The position numbers and the translations under genes were made by a program. This document shows, piece after piece, positions 51,901-64,000 of a DNA stretch of 64,000 nucleotides. Position 1 is the stretch's first letter. Each line of letters begins with the position of its first letter. The notes below the pieces were generated by a model. It was given only the letters and a program-made list of their open reading frames with translations. It was not told the origin of the DNA and made no database searches. The stretch spans positions 261,435-325,434 of the forward strand of contig NMRA01000266.1 in NCBI GenBank assembly GCA_002633005.1. The letters run 5' to 3'. The DNA comes from Phoronis australis. Taxonomy: Eukaryota > Animalia > Phoronida.

Positions 51901-52267
51901 TCAATGCTGATTTTTCGTCTGCTTTTCGTGCTGTGCTTTTGCAGCCTTCGGCAATTTTGGATGTGCTGCAGATTTTGACTTCCCGCCGTCTCCCGTGAGC
52001 GGTTTTCCTGATTTCATTCCATTTTTTGATGTCGCAGTACTTGCCGCCGCTCGTGACGTCGTGTCGGCTTGATTCGACGCAGAAGCCTTCAAATGCGTAG
52101 AAGTTGAAAGGGTTTGCATTTCTTCCTTGCTTTTCGACGAGTACTTGTCTCGCACGTCGCCCCGCGCAAGGGCTCCCAATTGAACTGCATTCTGGTCCGA
52201 ATTGGAGGAAGGCGATGGCAGATTTGCTTGGTTCCTCCTAACTTCTCCGTGTCGTTGATCTTTTTGT
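51901..52267 (-). CDS. Gene B terminal coding exon
   Basis: ttttag phase-2 acceptor; [17 protein letters not shown]...[10 protein letters not shown]...[16 protein letters not shown], aligning with the gene A terminal exon. Confidence 0.75.
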
Positions 52268-55200
52268 CTAAAATTATTTCAGATAGCCACTTTATTTCAT
52301 ATTCAGTAAACAAGTCCACACATTGAAACTGTAGAATTGAACATCAATTGTTAACCTGCACACATCGAAATTACGACCTCGCGATATCATTTGTCTGCCG
52401 AAATGGTGCGGCGACTCTAAGTACTTGTAAATCAAGCCGTTCAAACGAATTCATTCACTCGCATTCGCCTCTTTAAGTTTCGCTTATCGCTGTCATTTAC
52501 AGTTTTCGCCTAGCGATGAACTCTTCTCATCGGCTGGCATTTGGGTCACTATTTATTATATGACGCCATCAAGTCAAATTCGGAGAGTACAAGATCAAAG
52601 CGAATTGATTCACCATTGTTAGAGAAATAAGAAAACAGGACAAATGTAATGGGGAAAGATCATTCAGAATTCCCTAAATACCTCAAGGGAATTTTACTTG
52701 GTTACTACACAAATATTTTGGCCCCTTACTTCTGATTGGTGTCCATTTCGCAAATTTGTGAAAAAATATCGATGATGCTTTAGCTCTGTTTGAACTGAGT
52801 ACATGTATTAGCTACTTACGCTTTTTTACTGCTTCGGAAAAAGTGATCGCGACATAAGGTCAAGGTCGCTTCTTCGGAAGTGGTGAGCTAAAGAACAACT
52901 CGTAAAAACTGTAAAACTACGTCGCTCAGTGACGATTGGTCAGTGATTACTAAAGATAAACGATTTTTCAATTTCACTCTAAAGCACGAAGAATAGAAAC
53001 ACGTTTTAAGAAATCCCACCAGCAATGGATAAGTATTACGATGACGAGGGTGATGTCCAGGTTGCGAGATGGCTGAGGTGCCCGGGATGACTAGGGAACG
53101 GGGGCCATGCGTACCCAGGAGGAATGGCACGTCCTGACCTTAAGAAGTTTATCAAAATGGCATACAGTTGAGTAAGCTTTTGTAACAAGGGAGGGGGCAA
53201 AACTGAACTCGGGCAAGTCCCTGTTTTAGTAGACCCCCTGATTGCACAGTGACTGTACGTAACTGTTTTACCGCCATGGGGACTTCTCGGTTAAGATTTA
53301 TCGTGGCGTATTGTGAGATTGGTGAAGGTATCGTAGGAATATTATGTAGCCTACCGAAAATACATTCCGGTTTTCAGTTAGGTTTGGAAGTGTCTGCTCT
53401 GGGATAGTTGGAGTGGACGGCACGTTCTCACGACGGGAAATGTGACCGGCAGAACTCCCATATTTTTCTGGCTTGGGGTGAACCAAAGGGTGCGTCTTGG
53501 ATTAAGACCCCGTGTAGGTCATGATAATTATCCACTATTTATGCAATCAATATTTAACGTGTACCTTTCTTTCCACTCAGGGGTTTTTAGGACGAGATTT
53601 GCCGTGGCGACTTCAGGGATTGGTGACGGTTTTGTGGTATGTAATGCACCTTTAACACGTAAAGCGCTTGCATTAGCCATGGAAGTGGAATGCATCGGCT
53701 CCTGGCCAAAGTTAGCTCTTGAAATTGGAGTGGATGTTTCTTTCCCACGTCCGTCAGTTTGATGAGCAGGAGGCATTTTTATTTTAGGCTTCGGTGGAAC
53801 CACAGGAGGAACCTTTGACTTGGGCTTTGTTTTCGTTGCAGGATCTCCCAGTGGCGCAAATGGCCCTTTGGCATTTTTCCCGTCAGGAGTTCGCATCAAG
53901 TTGGACGGCCTCGTCTCCGCACGTTCTGAGTGCAACTTTGGACTCAAAACTTTGGGTTTTTGAAGCGTTGGCAACGCACGCGCAGCACCTTTTGCACCTG
54001 CATTAAGCATCGTAGTGGAATGCATCGGTTCCTGGTTAGCATTNNNNNNNNNNNNNNNNNNNNNNNNNNNNNNNNNNNNNNNNNNNNNNNNNNNNNNNNN
54101 NNNNNNNNNNNNNNNNNNNNNNNNNNNNNNNNNNNNNNNNNNNNNNNNNNNNNNNNNNNNNNNNNNNNNNNNNNNNNNNNNNNNNNNNNNNNNNNNNNNN
54201 NNNNNNNNNNNNNNNNNNNNNNNNNNNNNNNNNNNNNNNNNNNNNNNNNNNNNNNNNNNNNNNNNNNNNNNNNNNNNNNNNNNNNNNNNNNNNNNNNNNN
54301 NNNNNNNNNNNNNNNNNNNNNNNNNNNNNNNNNNNNNNNNNNNNNNNNNNNNNNNNNNNNNNNNNNNNNNNNNNNNNNNNNNNNNNNNNNNNNNNNNNNN
54401 NNNNNNNNNNNNNNNNNNNNNNNNNNNNNNNNNNNNNNNNNNNNNNNNNNNNNNNNGCCATGCGTACCCAGGAGGAATGGCACGTCCTGACCTTAAGAAG
54501 TTTATCAAAATGGCATACAGTTGAGTAAGCTTTTGTAACAAGGGAGGGGGCAAAACTGAACTCGGGCAAGTCCCTGTTTTAGTAGACCCCCTGATTGCAC
54601 AGTGACTATTATTACGTAACTGTTTTACCGCCAAGGGGACTTCTCGGTTAAGATTTATCGTGGCGTATTGTGAGATTAGTAAAGGTATCGTAGGAATATT
54701 ATGTAGCCTACTGAAAGTTCCTTCCGGTTTTCAGTTAGGTTTGGAAGTGTCTGCTCTGGGATAGTGGGAGTGGACGGCACGTTCTCACGACGGGAAATGT
54801 GACCGGTAGAACTCCCATATTTTTCTGGCTTGGGGGTGAACCAAAGGGTGCGTCTTGGATTAAGACATCGTGTAGGTCATGATAATTATCCACTATTTAT
54901 GCAATCAATATTTAACGTGTACCTTTCTTTCCACTCAGGGGTTTTTAGGACGAGATTTGCCGTGGTGACTTCAGGGATTTGTAACGGTTTTGTGGTATGT
55001 AATGCACCTTTAACACGTAAAGCGCTTGCATTAGCCATGGAAGTAGAATGCATCGGCTCCTGGCCAAAGTTAGCTCTTGAAATTGGAGTGGATGTCTCTT
55101 TCCCACGTCCGTCAGTTTGACGAGCAGGAGGCATTTTTATCTTAGGCTTCGGTGGAACCGCAGGAGGAACCTTTGACTTGGGCTTTGTTTTCGTTGCTGG

Positions 55201-58200
55201 ATCTTCCAGTGGCGCAAATGGCCCTTTGGCATTTTTCCCGTCAGGAGTTCGCATCAAGTTGGACGGCCTCGTCTCCGCACGTTGTGAGTGCAACTTTGGA
55301 CTCAAAACTTTGGGTTTTTGAAGCGTTGGCAACGCACGCGCAGCACCTTTTGCACCTGCATTAAGCGTCGTAGTGGAATGCATCGGTTCCTGGTTAGCAT
55401 TTGTTTTTGAAATTGAAATAGATGGCTCTTTCCCATGTCCGGTAGTTTGATGAGCGGGAGGATTTTTTAACTTAGGTTTCGGTGGAACCACAGGAGGAAC
55501 CTTCGACTTTGGCGTTGCTTTCATAGCTGGATCTTCTAGTACCGCATTTGGCCCTTTGGCATATTTTCCGTCAGAATTTCTCAACGAGTTGGACAACCTC
55601 GTCTCCGCACGTTCTGAGTGCGACTTTGGACTCAAAACATTAGGTTTTTGAGGCGTTGGCAACGCACGCGCAGCACCTTTTGCAACTGCGTTAGGCATCG
55701 TAGTGGAATGCACCGGCTCCTGGTCAGCGTTTGCTTTTGAGATGGGAGTAGATAACCCTTTCCCACTAGCGGTAGTTTGATGAGCGGGAGGCATTGTTAA
55801 CTTAGGCTTCGGTGGAACTAAAGGAGGAACCTTTGATCTTGGTCTCGTTTTCGTAACTGGATCTTCCAGTACCTCATATGGCCCTTTGGCATTTTTCCCG
55901 TCAGGAGTTTGCATCAAGTTGGACGGTCTCGTCTCCGCACGTTCTGATTTCAACTTTGCTTTCAAAACTTTTGCCGGGGGCTGGACCAGTTGCTTTTCTT
56001 CTTCTCTAAATTTGATTAAGTCTAGTTACTACATTGCTTTGGAGAGCACAATAGCAGCATTTGTCGTACGATGATTTTTAGAAACGGTTGGTGATTAAAT
56101 ACGGAAATGTAGATCTCACAGAAATTAATAAAATAGTTCGCTTCGACGACTGGCTACAAAAACGGACTTCAACAACTAGTCAAAGTTTCATTCTAAAGCA
56201 CGAATGATCGCAAAAAGTCTTAAAGAATTCCGCAAACTTCTACTTTGGGCTGAGCACGTTAATTTTTGCACGTGCGATGACGCCACTTATTCCAAAAGAG
56301 ACACGACGGGCTCGAACGAATTTCGAAAATGCAGCTAGAAAGCAGCTACGTAACTTGGAACACTGACGTCATAACTAATCACAACGCTGACGTATCTAGG
56401 ATGTGGTAACACAGACAGAATGCAAATATTTTTCATGTCCCTGGAAGCTGAATGACGCTGGCTGTTGATTCCACTTTTGGAAACTATAAAATCTGCGTTT
56501 CATTTATACCTACATTGTATTTTGAGGACCTGCTTCTTTCCCGACGCGGCCTCTTTCGACCGTTTTACTATTCGAAGTCTGCAAAACTGCTGTATGACCT
56601 GACGTTTTCGTGGTTCTGTCTGGGATGGGACTGGGATGCGTCAGACTCTGACCTGCGGACGGTTTTGGCATTAGAGTGGAGTGTTTTAACCCGCGTTTGG
56701 CAGTTTTCCCCTCAGGGGTTTGCGTCAAGTTGGACTGTCGTGCATCCGCTGGTCTCGACTGCAACTTCGGGCTCAGAACGTCTGCCACACCCAACAAATC
56801 GAAGTTTTTCTCCGGAAGCATCGGCGGATCGTCGCTTTCAGAAGTTGACAGGTCGTCTTCTGAGAAGTTTAGCTTCCTCACCGTATCGTCCTTTACGCCT
56901 AATCCCTCTCGGTCCCTGGAGCTCGCACTGTTTTTATCCGGATGTCTAAAATAGCTCAATTTATCAAACATTCATGATCCATTTAAAGTGAAGATTAAAA
57001 TTTGCTTGACTTAAGGTTACACATTTAGTCAGATTATTTTTTCGTCGTATGGTAAACAAGAAAACGTTTGTTTGTATAATATAGAAACTTTACTTTATCA
57101 TCGGTAGGAGTTGTAAAGTTAATGTACCGCGCCAGGTGTGCACAGAATGGGCAATGGTCAAGTTGAGCAGGGACTTGTAATTAACATGGGAACCAGCAAC
57201 ATATCAGCTGATTGACCATTGGTTGATAATACGACCATGGACCTTATACTTCACACTCTAAAGATGTCCTTTCCTTACCGCTTAGGGGTCTTCCGGGCGA
57301 GATTTACCGCGGCGTATTCAGGGATTGGACTCGTTGGCTTAGGCTTTGAGGGCACTAAAGTTCGATTCTTAGACTGCAACCCCACGTGGCTGCTTTTCTT
57401 TCGTCCCGATACAACTCGCACTTTGTCTAGCTCCTCATATTGGCCTTCGTCACACAAATCTGATTCTTTTCTTTCTGAAATCACTTCGTCAGGCACTGCA
57501 TATGGTCCTTCATCGAGCAAGGCGTCTTCATAAATATCCGATTCCATAAGTGAAAAGGTGTGTGTACGCTCTCCTTTACCCGAAAGGTCGCCAGAAGGCA
57601 ATAATGGCTTTGCCTCTTGCATTTCTAAGCGAGAACCTTTCCCGAAGGTAGACCTCCTCATTCTCGAACACTTCCGTCGTTTGCCAAATTCTATGAAACT
57701 GTCGGCGAAATCCGAGTGGAAAGCCGACGAGTCGCCTGCCGACATGTCGGTTAAAGCTTCCGTGGCGGTTATCCATCCTCCGCCACCTCCTCTATTTTGG
57801 ATGGTTTTATTCGTTTGAATTGAGGCTTTCAGGCGTTTCCGCCTGCAAAATACGATACTCCCCAATTTATCAGTCGCCTCGTCAATTTTCCAATGGTCAT
57901 TGGCTCATATTAATTATACACGAAGTGCATCGTGGTTGCTGTTGTTTAGAAGTGGAGTATTGTGGACAAGCGTTTAACCTTTGCATGTATCTCTGAAATG
58001 TGTGCGTGCGCAACCGAGATGAGATACGTTTTAATTATTTAGGCAAAAAACTTCAAAAGTTACCCGCTGGATAAGTTTCGTTGTTGCATGACGCCAGGTG
58101 CTTTATTCGACAATAACAATGTGACGCTTGATAATGCGACGTCATTGTTGCTATGCGGCGTATAATTTTTCTGCAACTGGGCCTTGATGTTGTAAATTCG

Positions 58201-61200
58201 ACCTGATTTTGTTCCTTGCTCAAATAAAATTACAATCGTCAGAGGAATTCCAGGTAATTTATTGAAACCAATTTCAATTAAAGAGATATCGTGGGAATCG
58301 TCGTAACAGCAGCACATGTGACATTTGAGTTCGAAATTTGCTGCAACTTATGTTCCTTCATTCTACATGTGCATTGCATTTCCTACTCAATATTGCCTGT
58401 AGAGGGCGTTCTGTTAGAGAATTGGACACAAGTGTCAAAATAAGTGCTTCCCGAACGGTTCACGCAAGTCTTCGTTTTTTCATTGTCACATGTTGGGCTA
58501 AAAGGTCGCGTGTTTGCAGACCTTAAATACAACCGATATCATTTCTAGGAATTACGGAAACTTTTTTCTTTGAATATCGGGGATGTCCCCTCACGAAATA
58601 ATGAATCTGCCGCTGTAGTCCTCGGGCATTCCAATTGTTCACCACGACTAGACTGTGTTGTTAGAATCAATTAACTTTTGTGGATACAGTGATGGGCGTA
58701 GATTTAGGTGCTTCTTTGTTATTAGTTTGGAAGCGAAAACTAACGGTGACTGTATTGAAAATTTTTAGTTTTTGGTTAAGAAACTAGAGGGCACGGGGTA
58801 ACTTTGTCATCTGAATTTAAAATCAAAACTTCACACACAAGCTAATCCAACCTAAAACAGAGGATCACCTTCTACACGTAAACGTATGGGTAAGGAGTAG
58901 TTACTTTAGCAGAGAAGGCGTCACAAACCTGAAGTAGATGAGCAGTCCAATCAGCACCAGCAAAAGAACGCCGACTCCAATTCCGATGAATGCGCCCACG
59001 GGCGGCTCCACCTTAACCACGGCAACTGTGGCGGTAAACAAAATTGACACGACTCATAAAACGTAGAGGACAGCAGCGACCTCTAGCGGTAAACGTACCG
59101 TCACAACAAGTACTGCAAGTACGCGTAGGAAGAAAAATGTCACATCTAAAGAATTATAATTTGCTTGTAAATTTCTGTTATGTGCACGAACACGTGGCAA
59201 CACAATGTTAATTCAAGGTCAAAATAACCATTGTGTCGAGTTAATCGAGTTTACGGTACAGATCGACACAGGCATTTGCAGTCATGAACTACTAGGAAGC
59301 TTATACATCGAATTAAAAAACTTCATATACGCTTCCCGGTAACAGTTTCATAGAGGGACATAGCATCGAAATTTAGTCTTTCACTTCCACTGCACAATTA
59401 CTGATGAAAGATTTATCAGCACGTCACAACCTAGAAATAATAGACGCAAATTGTGTCAATAACGACAAGCAACAGGTATGTTCCCAAACTGTGATTATTT
59501 TTGCTAAAACGAGACTGTGACTTAATTTCTGACAATTGTGCTGCATGCGAGTCACTTAACATGAAACAGGCCCCTGTTGGATTATTGTTTTCATTAAACC
59601 CGTGGACATACGTCATGTACACTGTAGTACGTCACGTACCGTTGCACCAATAGCCATCTCCAATAAACCCATCATTGCACGTGCAGACATAGCTCCCCAG
59701 CGTGTTTGTGCAACTGGAGTGCGGAGAGCAGGGGTATGGCTTTGTCCAGCATTCGTCGATGTCTTCACCACAATCTCCGCCAGTGAAACCGGCTGGACAC
59801 GCGCACGTGCCGTTTGCCGCATTATACGTACCACCATGGTAGCATTGAAGAGTTGTGTCTGCCATTAAATGTCAGTATATCAAGCATCTTAATTGGTCAG
59901 TAATTCTATGGAGACTATAATACTATCGAATTCGATGGTTCCCTGCGTGCCGCTAGCCAGCACCGGCTACCACCTGGCGGCATGCAGGGAATAAGCGAGT
60001 ATCAACCGGTGAAAATGACAAAGAACATTATCTTTTGCGACACCTAAAGGCGCGTGTCGATCGGCCTGGAACGCGAAAAACAGACTAGATTGCATTTAAT
60101 ACAAAACGTTTCTCTGGCACTGAGGGAGAATTGAACAAGGTCTTTTTGCAGTTTGTTAGTATACATTTTGAATTTCTTTTGATGTCAAAGCAATTTTTAG
60201 TATCAAACTTCACGAAAACGATCAGTCAATTACTCGTCACTTCGTCGATTCTTCCGACAAAGCAAAGCACCTCTCTTTTTGGTGTGGCAAAATACAGAAG
60301 AGACACATTTCATTATATGGAAAATGTGACCTTTGACCGTTAATATACAAAACAATAGCGACTTCAAGCAGCAGCCAGTTCGATTAAAAAGAAATTAGTG
60401 TAAGTCCTTACTGGCTGGAATTAGTCATCAATGTAAAGATATCGGTATTGTTCAAACATATTCCAAAATGCACTTGGGAAATTGCTTGCTCCAGTGGCTT
60501 ACCTTGTGCTGTGCTGTCGGCCTCAGATTCGGAGTGCCATCCCATATGATAATCTGCCGTTACTATCCATCTTGTGAGTCAGCTGTTTGTCGAATGATTG
60601 TGAGCGTATGTGCCCATTTACCATCAGTGAGAGGGAGATTGCAAACCCTGTGGTGACTACCGAGTTTTTCCACAACGCGTATTTCAAAAATTGTGAATTT
60701 TTACTGGAATTTCCGTCACGGGAGAAAGTAAATAACCATGAAGTAGACGATGCGTCGTCAAGAATTGTTTTAAAGATATTTTTGAAGAGCTTCCGCGTTT
60801 CATGCGTCTTGTTTTAGGTTTCAATGCAGCCCTGCTTCTATTTTCGTATCTCTTAAGCTCATCTGAATTGGAACACTGTGTCATTAAAACCGTCGAAAAG
60901 CAATTAAAAAAACTCTTTATGAAAAAATGCAAGAACTGAATGAAACAAAAAGACAATTTGAAATGTCGAAATATGGGAATACGTGCACCTGTACGAGTCG
61001 AGCGGTAGTTTAACAAAATCGTGCGTGTGCCAAATTGCCTCGTTTTCAAGCAGTTCACCAGTGTGTAAATGGAGCTACATGTGAAACAACAGGCAACCGA
61101 CGGGAAACTTTGAAGAACGCCCGTCCCACGTATGTTATAGGTTAAATACATCTCACTCTACCTCTTCTGCTTAATGTATGGTTTATTTTTTCACAAACAA

Positions 61201-61949
61201 AACCTCGACACCACGTTTTAGTCATTTTCTTGTTTAAGACTATCAGCACGTCATGCAAGTCAAAGTTATGGCACTACTTCTCACAGTGAGAGAACATTTG
61301 ACCTACATGTACTCAATGTCAATATCGAAAATGTGTTTAGTAGGTGACAGGTCTTTTCTGAAATTTGAAACTAAAAGAAAAATGCTTTGACATAAACAGA
61401 AATTCAAAAACTTTTCAAAAAAATCAAAATGGCACTTGGCGAGCAGGTTGAACTCTACTTCAGTAGAAGAGAACCACTTTGAATAATGACGTCTAGTCTG
61501 TTTCTTCGCGATCGAAGCCTCTGTAAAAATCAGCAGAGACCGACTAACCATTGCTTTCATTTGCCAATTAACACAGGTAAAATACAATTTTTTGCTCATC
61601 AAAGATAGTCATTAGTTCCTATGTCAGAATCTGCTATGATGACATCTTACGACTGAACAGTTATTTTAAAAGAGGAAGTCATCGAAAGATGGGGTCTTTC
61701 AAACAGGATTTAGGTAATAAATACTTTGAAACATAATTGTAAATTATACCTATACTGACGTCTATTTCCTGTCTTTTAATGTATTATCGCGTTCACTAAA
61801 CTGTCTTCTTGTTGGCTGTACGTAATTCAATACAGTGGCAAAGAAATAAAAAAACCTCAATACCGGTGCTGCCGTCTAATGTTTCTAAGCGACACCGCTC
61901 ATTATTCAATGGTAAAATCTTAACTTACTGAAATCTTCCATTCCTGTCC
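51901..61949 (-). CDS. Gene B (spliced span, 5'-partial): paralog of gene A; micro-exon - EGF x2 - TM - ~810-aa repetitive cytoplasmic tail
   Basis: Exons 61929-61949, 59640-59858, 58929-59025, 57279-57842, 56514-56945, 54923-56005, 51901-52267, with the same order and phases as gene A. A possible extra phase 1-1 exon lies at 60503-60553 (weak acceptor). Confidence 0.8.
53104..55402. repeat. ~940-bp duplication (53104-54043 / 54457-55402) across N gap 54044-54456
   Basis: The copies abut the gap and include the 3' part of gene B exon 3. Confidence 0.88.
54923..56005 (-). CDS. Gene B cytoplasmic exon 3 with three ~110-aa tandem repeats
   Basis: 1083-nt open phase 2-2 exon; the plus-strand motif ggac..ctcgtctccgcacgtt recurs at 55261, 55591 and 55921 (period 330 nt). 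Confidence 0.87.
56514..56945 (-). CDS. Gene B cytoplasmic exon 2
   Basis: 432-nt phase 2-2 exon (tttag acceptor, AT|gtaggt donor); [12 protein letters not shown] is conserved with gene A. Confidence 0.8.
57279..57842 (-). CDS. Gene B cytoplasmic exon 1 with acidic tyrosine motifs
   Basis: 564-nt phase 2-2 exon; begins RKR and contains DIYED, GPYAVP, GQYEEL and PEYAAV. Confidence 0.85.
58929..59025 (-). CDS. Gene B exon: transmembrane helix
   Basis: 97 nt, cacag acceptor and AG|gtttgt donor; [32 protein letters not shown]. Not in the supplied ORF track. Confidence 0.9.
59640..59858 (-). CDS. Gene B exon: EGF-like plus calcium-binding EGF
   Basis: 219 nt, same length as in gene A; CYHGGTY...[54 protein letters not shown]. 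Confidence 0.93.
61929..61949 (-). CDS. Gene B 21-nt micro-exon (GTGMEDF)
   Basis: ttccttttcag acceptor and A|gtaagt donor; matches the gene A micro-exon (TGM.D). Confidence 0.7.
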
Positions 61950-63586
61950 CTGAAAAGGAAATTACGTTACGTGCATTTCCAAAGGTTGCATCATTGTATT
62001 GAGAATGACGTGTGCACGGTGAACACGGCGAAATAATCAAACATTACGCGTTGAAGCACATGGGAAGGAACCGTGAAATTCGATTTTAATACAAGTCAAA
62101 AACTGCTCTTGCGCTACCCAGAGCTAGTTCAGGAAAGTAATTGAGTCCCATTTGAACAAGAGCGCGAAGTGTCTCGGAATACGCCCATAACTGCTACTTA
62201 GTGAAATAATTTGTATAGTTACATTATTTCTAGAGTGTGATGTGTTAAAGGCAGTATAGTATATAGATAAATTTTCTGTCTTAAATCTACGAAAGCAGTT
62301 GAAAACTATTTTTTAGATCGATATCTTTTTAACAACTGTTATCATACGAATTATTGGCAAAAATGATGATATTGAAATCACACCGTTACATTTCGCCAGA
62401 ATGTCCTTCGAAATTAGTCGAACTCCAAGTTGTTGTTATGAAATGAATCAAGTTTGCATAGTTTCATGGCGAAGTGATCGGAACCTTCAGAGAAGAAGTT
62501 GTGACGCACAGCTCTGGAGTTATCTCCGGTATAAACATGACAGCATGACCCCACGCTATACTTGAAACATTTTGTCACCAACGTCACAAGTCAACTTAAT
62601 CTTTGACTGCCCTGTCGACTGGACGCAGCAGAAAATCAATCAACTCCAGGGCGGTGCAGCTCTGAAATAAGTGGGGCTATACCCCCTCCAGCACCGCCCA
62701 TGAATTCCGGGCTTGTCACGTGTGACCCATCAATGTCAAACTTGGGATCAAGAGAAATCGTGTTACCGGGTATTCAGCACTGGTATCAACAGCACCAAGG
62801 AAGATGCCTGTCTGACTCCCGGTACGTAGCTAAAACAGAAATGTCACAAACGATTCTATTGTTTCAAACTGGTCATGTCAACAGTGAAAGTCTTAAACCG
62901 GAAGTAATTCTAATTTCCATGTTTGGTAATCCCTATTTTGAACCGCCATAAGTATCCAGAATTCACCAAACCTGTTGCTCATTAACCGTATTACGATTCT
63001 TTCGGGGGCTTCTTACTGCACCAAAATGGTCTAATATACTAATCCGCCGTCTCCAAATTTTAGACACTAGTCTATTTTACTTGAAAACGTGAGTGCACTT
63101 TGATGTAGTCAATGATGTGAGGTTCTTATTACGTAACTGTATTGTCTGAATTAAAAGTGTTGTTTTATATAAAAAGTGACCACAAAGACGGAGAAAACGC
63201 CGATGCCTTTCAGTTATCACGTTTTAGGCTAAAACAATGTTGATAGCAGCTTACCTTACTGATAATTTAGGTTCGAGTTATCTCTATTCTCTAGCTCACG
63301 TCTCTCCCGTATACACGACTGAATGATACTTAGCAATAACAAAGCATTTTTTCGTCGTAATTTTCTCTAACGTGCTTTAGCCAAGGCCTTGTCATAAGAG
63401 TAACTGTCAGACTTCCGACATAGACCAAACCAGTCAATTAGCGACTCGATACTCAACAGGTGGCGCTCAGGAATAACTGTCCATTCGGACGTTTGAATAG
63501 ATTGAGAGCAGAAGATAATTCATCAGCATGAGCGCTTTGGAGTGATAAAGAACCCACGTGATTTGCATGAATGCGGGTATTTATAT

Positions 63587-63722
63587 GCTAGGACCTCGCT
63601 AGAAATCAAGACTTCGCGAGACTACGTGAGATATTGCAGTGTATTTTAAAAGAGAACACGTGACTTTGACTAGATTTTAGCCAAGTCCTAGCGTAGGTCC
63701 TAGCGTCTACTGAACGCACGCC
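63587..63722 (-). mobile_element. Copy of the ~150-bp MITE family (one end truncated)
   Basis: Direct match to ~42070-42205. Confidence 0.75.
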
Positions 63723-64000
63723 TGGTGAATCTCGAGTTATGCATTGTGTTCAGAGATCTGAAGTCATATAACCATCAATTCCTAACACTAGTGACTAGTA
63801 TGGTGCGACTTCTTAATTCTCTGCTTCATAGATACAGTAGCAGAATAAATTTCTAAATTTGTTTTTTCCAACACCAAGACGACCTTACTCTACTTTTCCA
63901 GCTTCTGTGTAAGTGAAATTTTGTAGCCTGACCTCAGGATTACATCCGTCTCGTACAAAATTATGTGATACTGGCTGGTGACAAGACATGATTACGATAG

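Noticed and set aside
53528-54634. ORFs of 169-368 aa containing X runs
   Set aside because: Read-through of the N gap; only the 53565-54043 portion is real exon sequence (duplicate of gene B exon 3).
59074-59089. CTCF-like motifs (also ~35638, ~63455)
   Set aside because: Imperfect matches that are common by chance or within repeats; no independent support.
62766-63904. Further upstream exons of gene B (62766-62829, ~63889-63904)
   Set aside because: Splice-like signals are present, but the phases do not chain to the phase-1 micro-exon and no domain is recognisable.

Overview
Eukaryotic, intron-rich, AT-rich genomic DNA. The domain content and repeat style suggest a marine invertebrate, possibly a hemichordate or other deuterostome; this is an inference. 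No prokaryotic features, CRISPR arrays or rRNA were seen. The main content is two tandem paralogous multi-exon genes on the minus strand, both encoding type I membrane proteins. Gene A (~20987-44326, 5' end unresolved) reads SRCR-SRCR-WSC-Kringle-Kringle-(21-nt micro-exon)-EGF/EGF-Ca-TM, followed by a ~710-aa Pro/Ser/Thr/Lys-rich tail. Gene B (51901 to beyond 61949, 5' part unresolved and possibly outside the window) has the same micro-exon, the same 219-nt EGF exon and 97-nt TM exon, and a ~810-aa tail with three 110-aa tandem repeats. Exon boundaries were called by eye from splice signals and phase continuity. The rest is repeats: a Kolobok-like element with a decayed THAP domain, a Penelope-like remnant followed by a tRNA-like head and a decayed hammerhead motif, Harbinger-, Merlin- and Tc1-type MITEs, retroposon 3' ends and microsatellites. 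Several near-identical blocks abut N gaps and are probably uncollapsed alleles of a heterozygous assembly.
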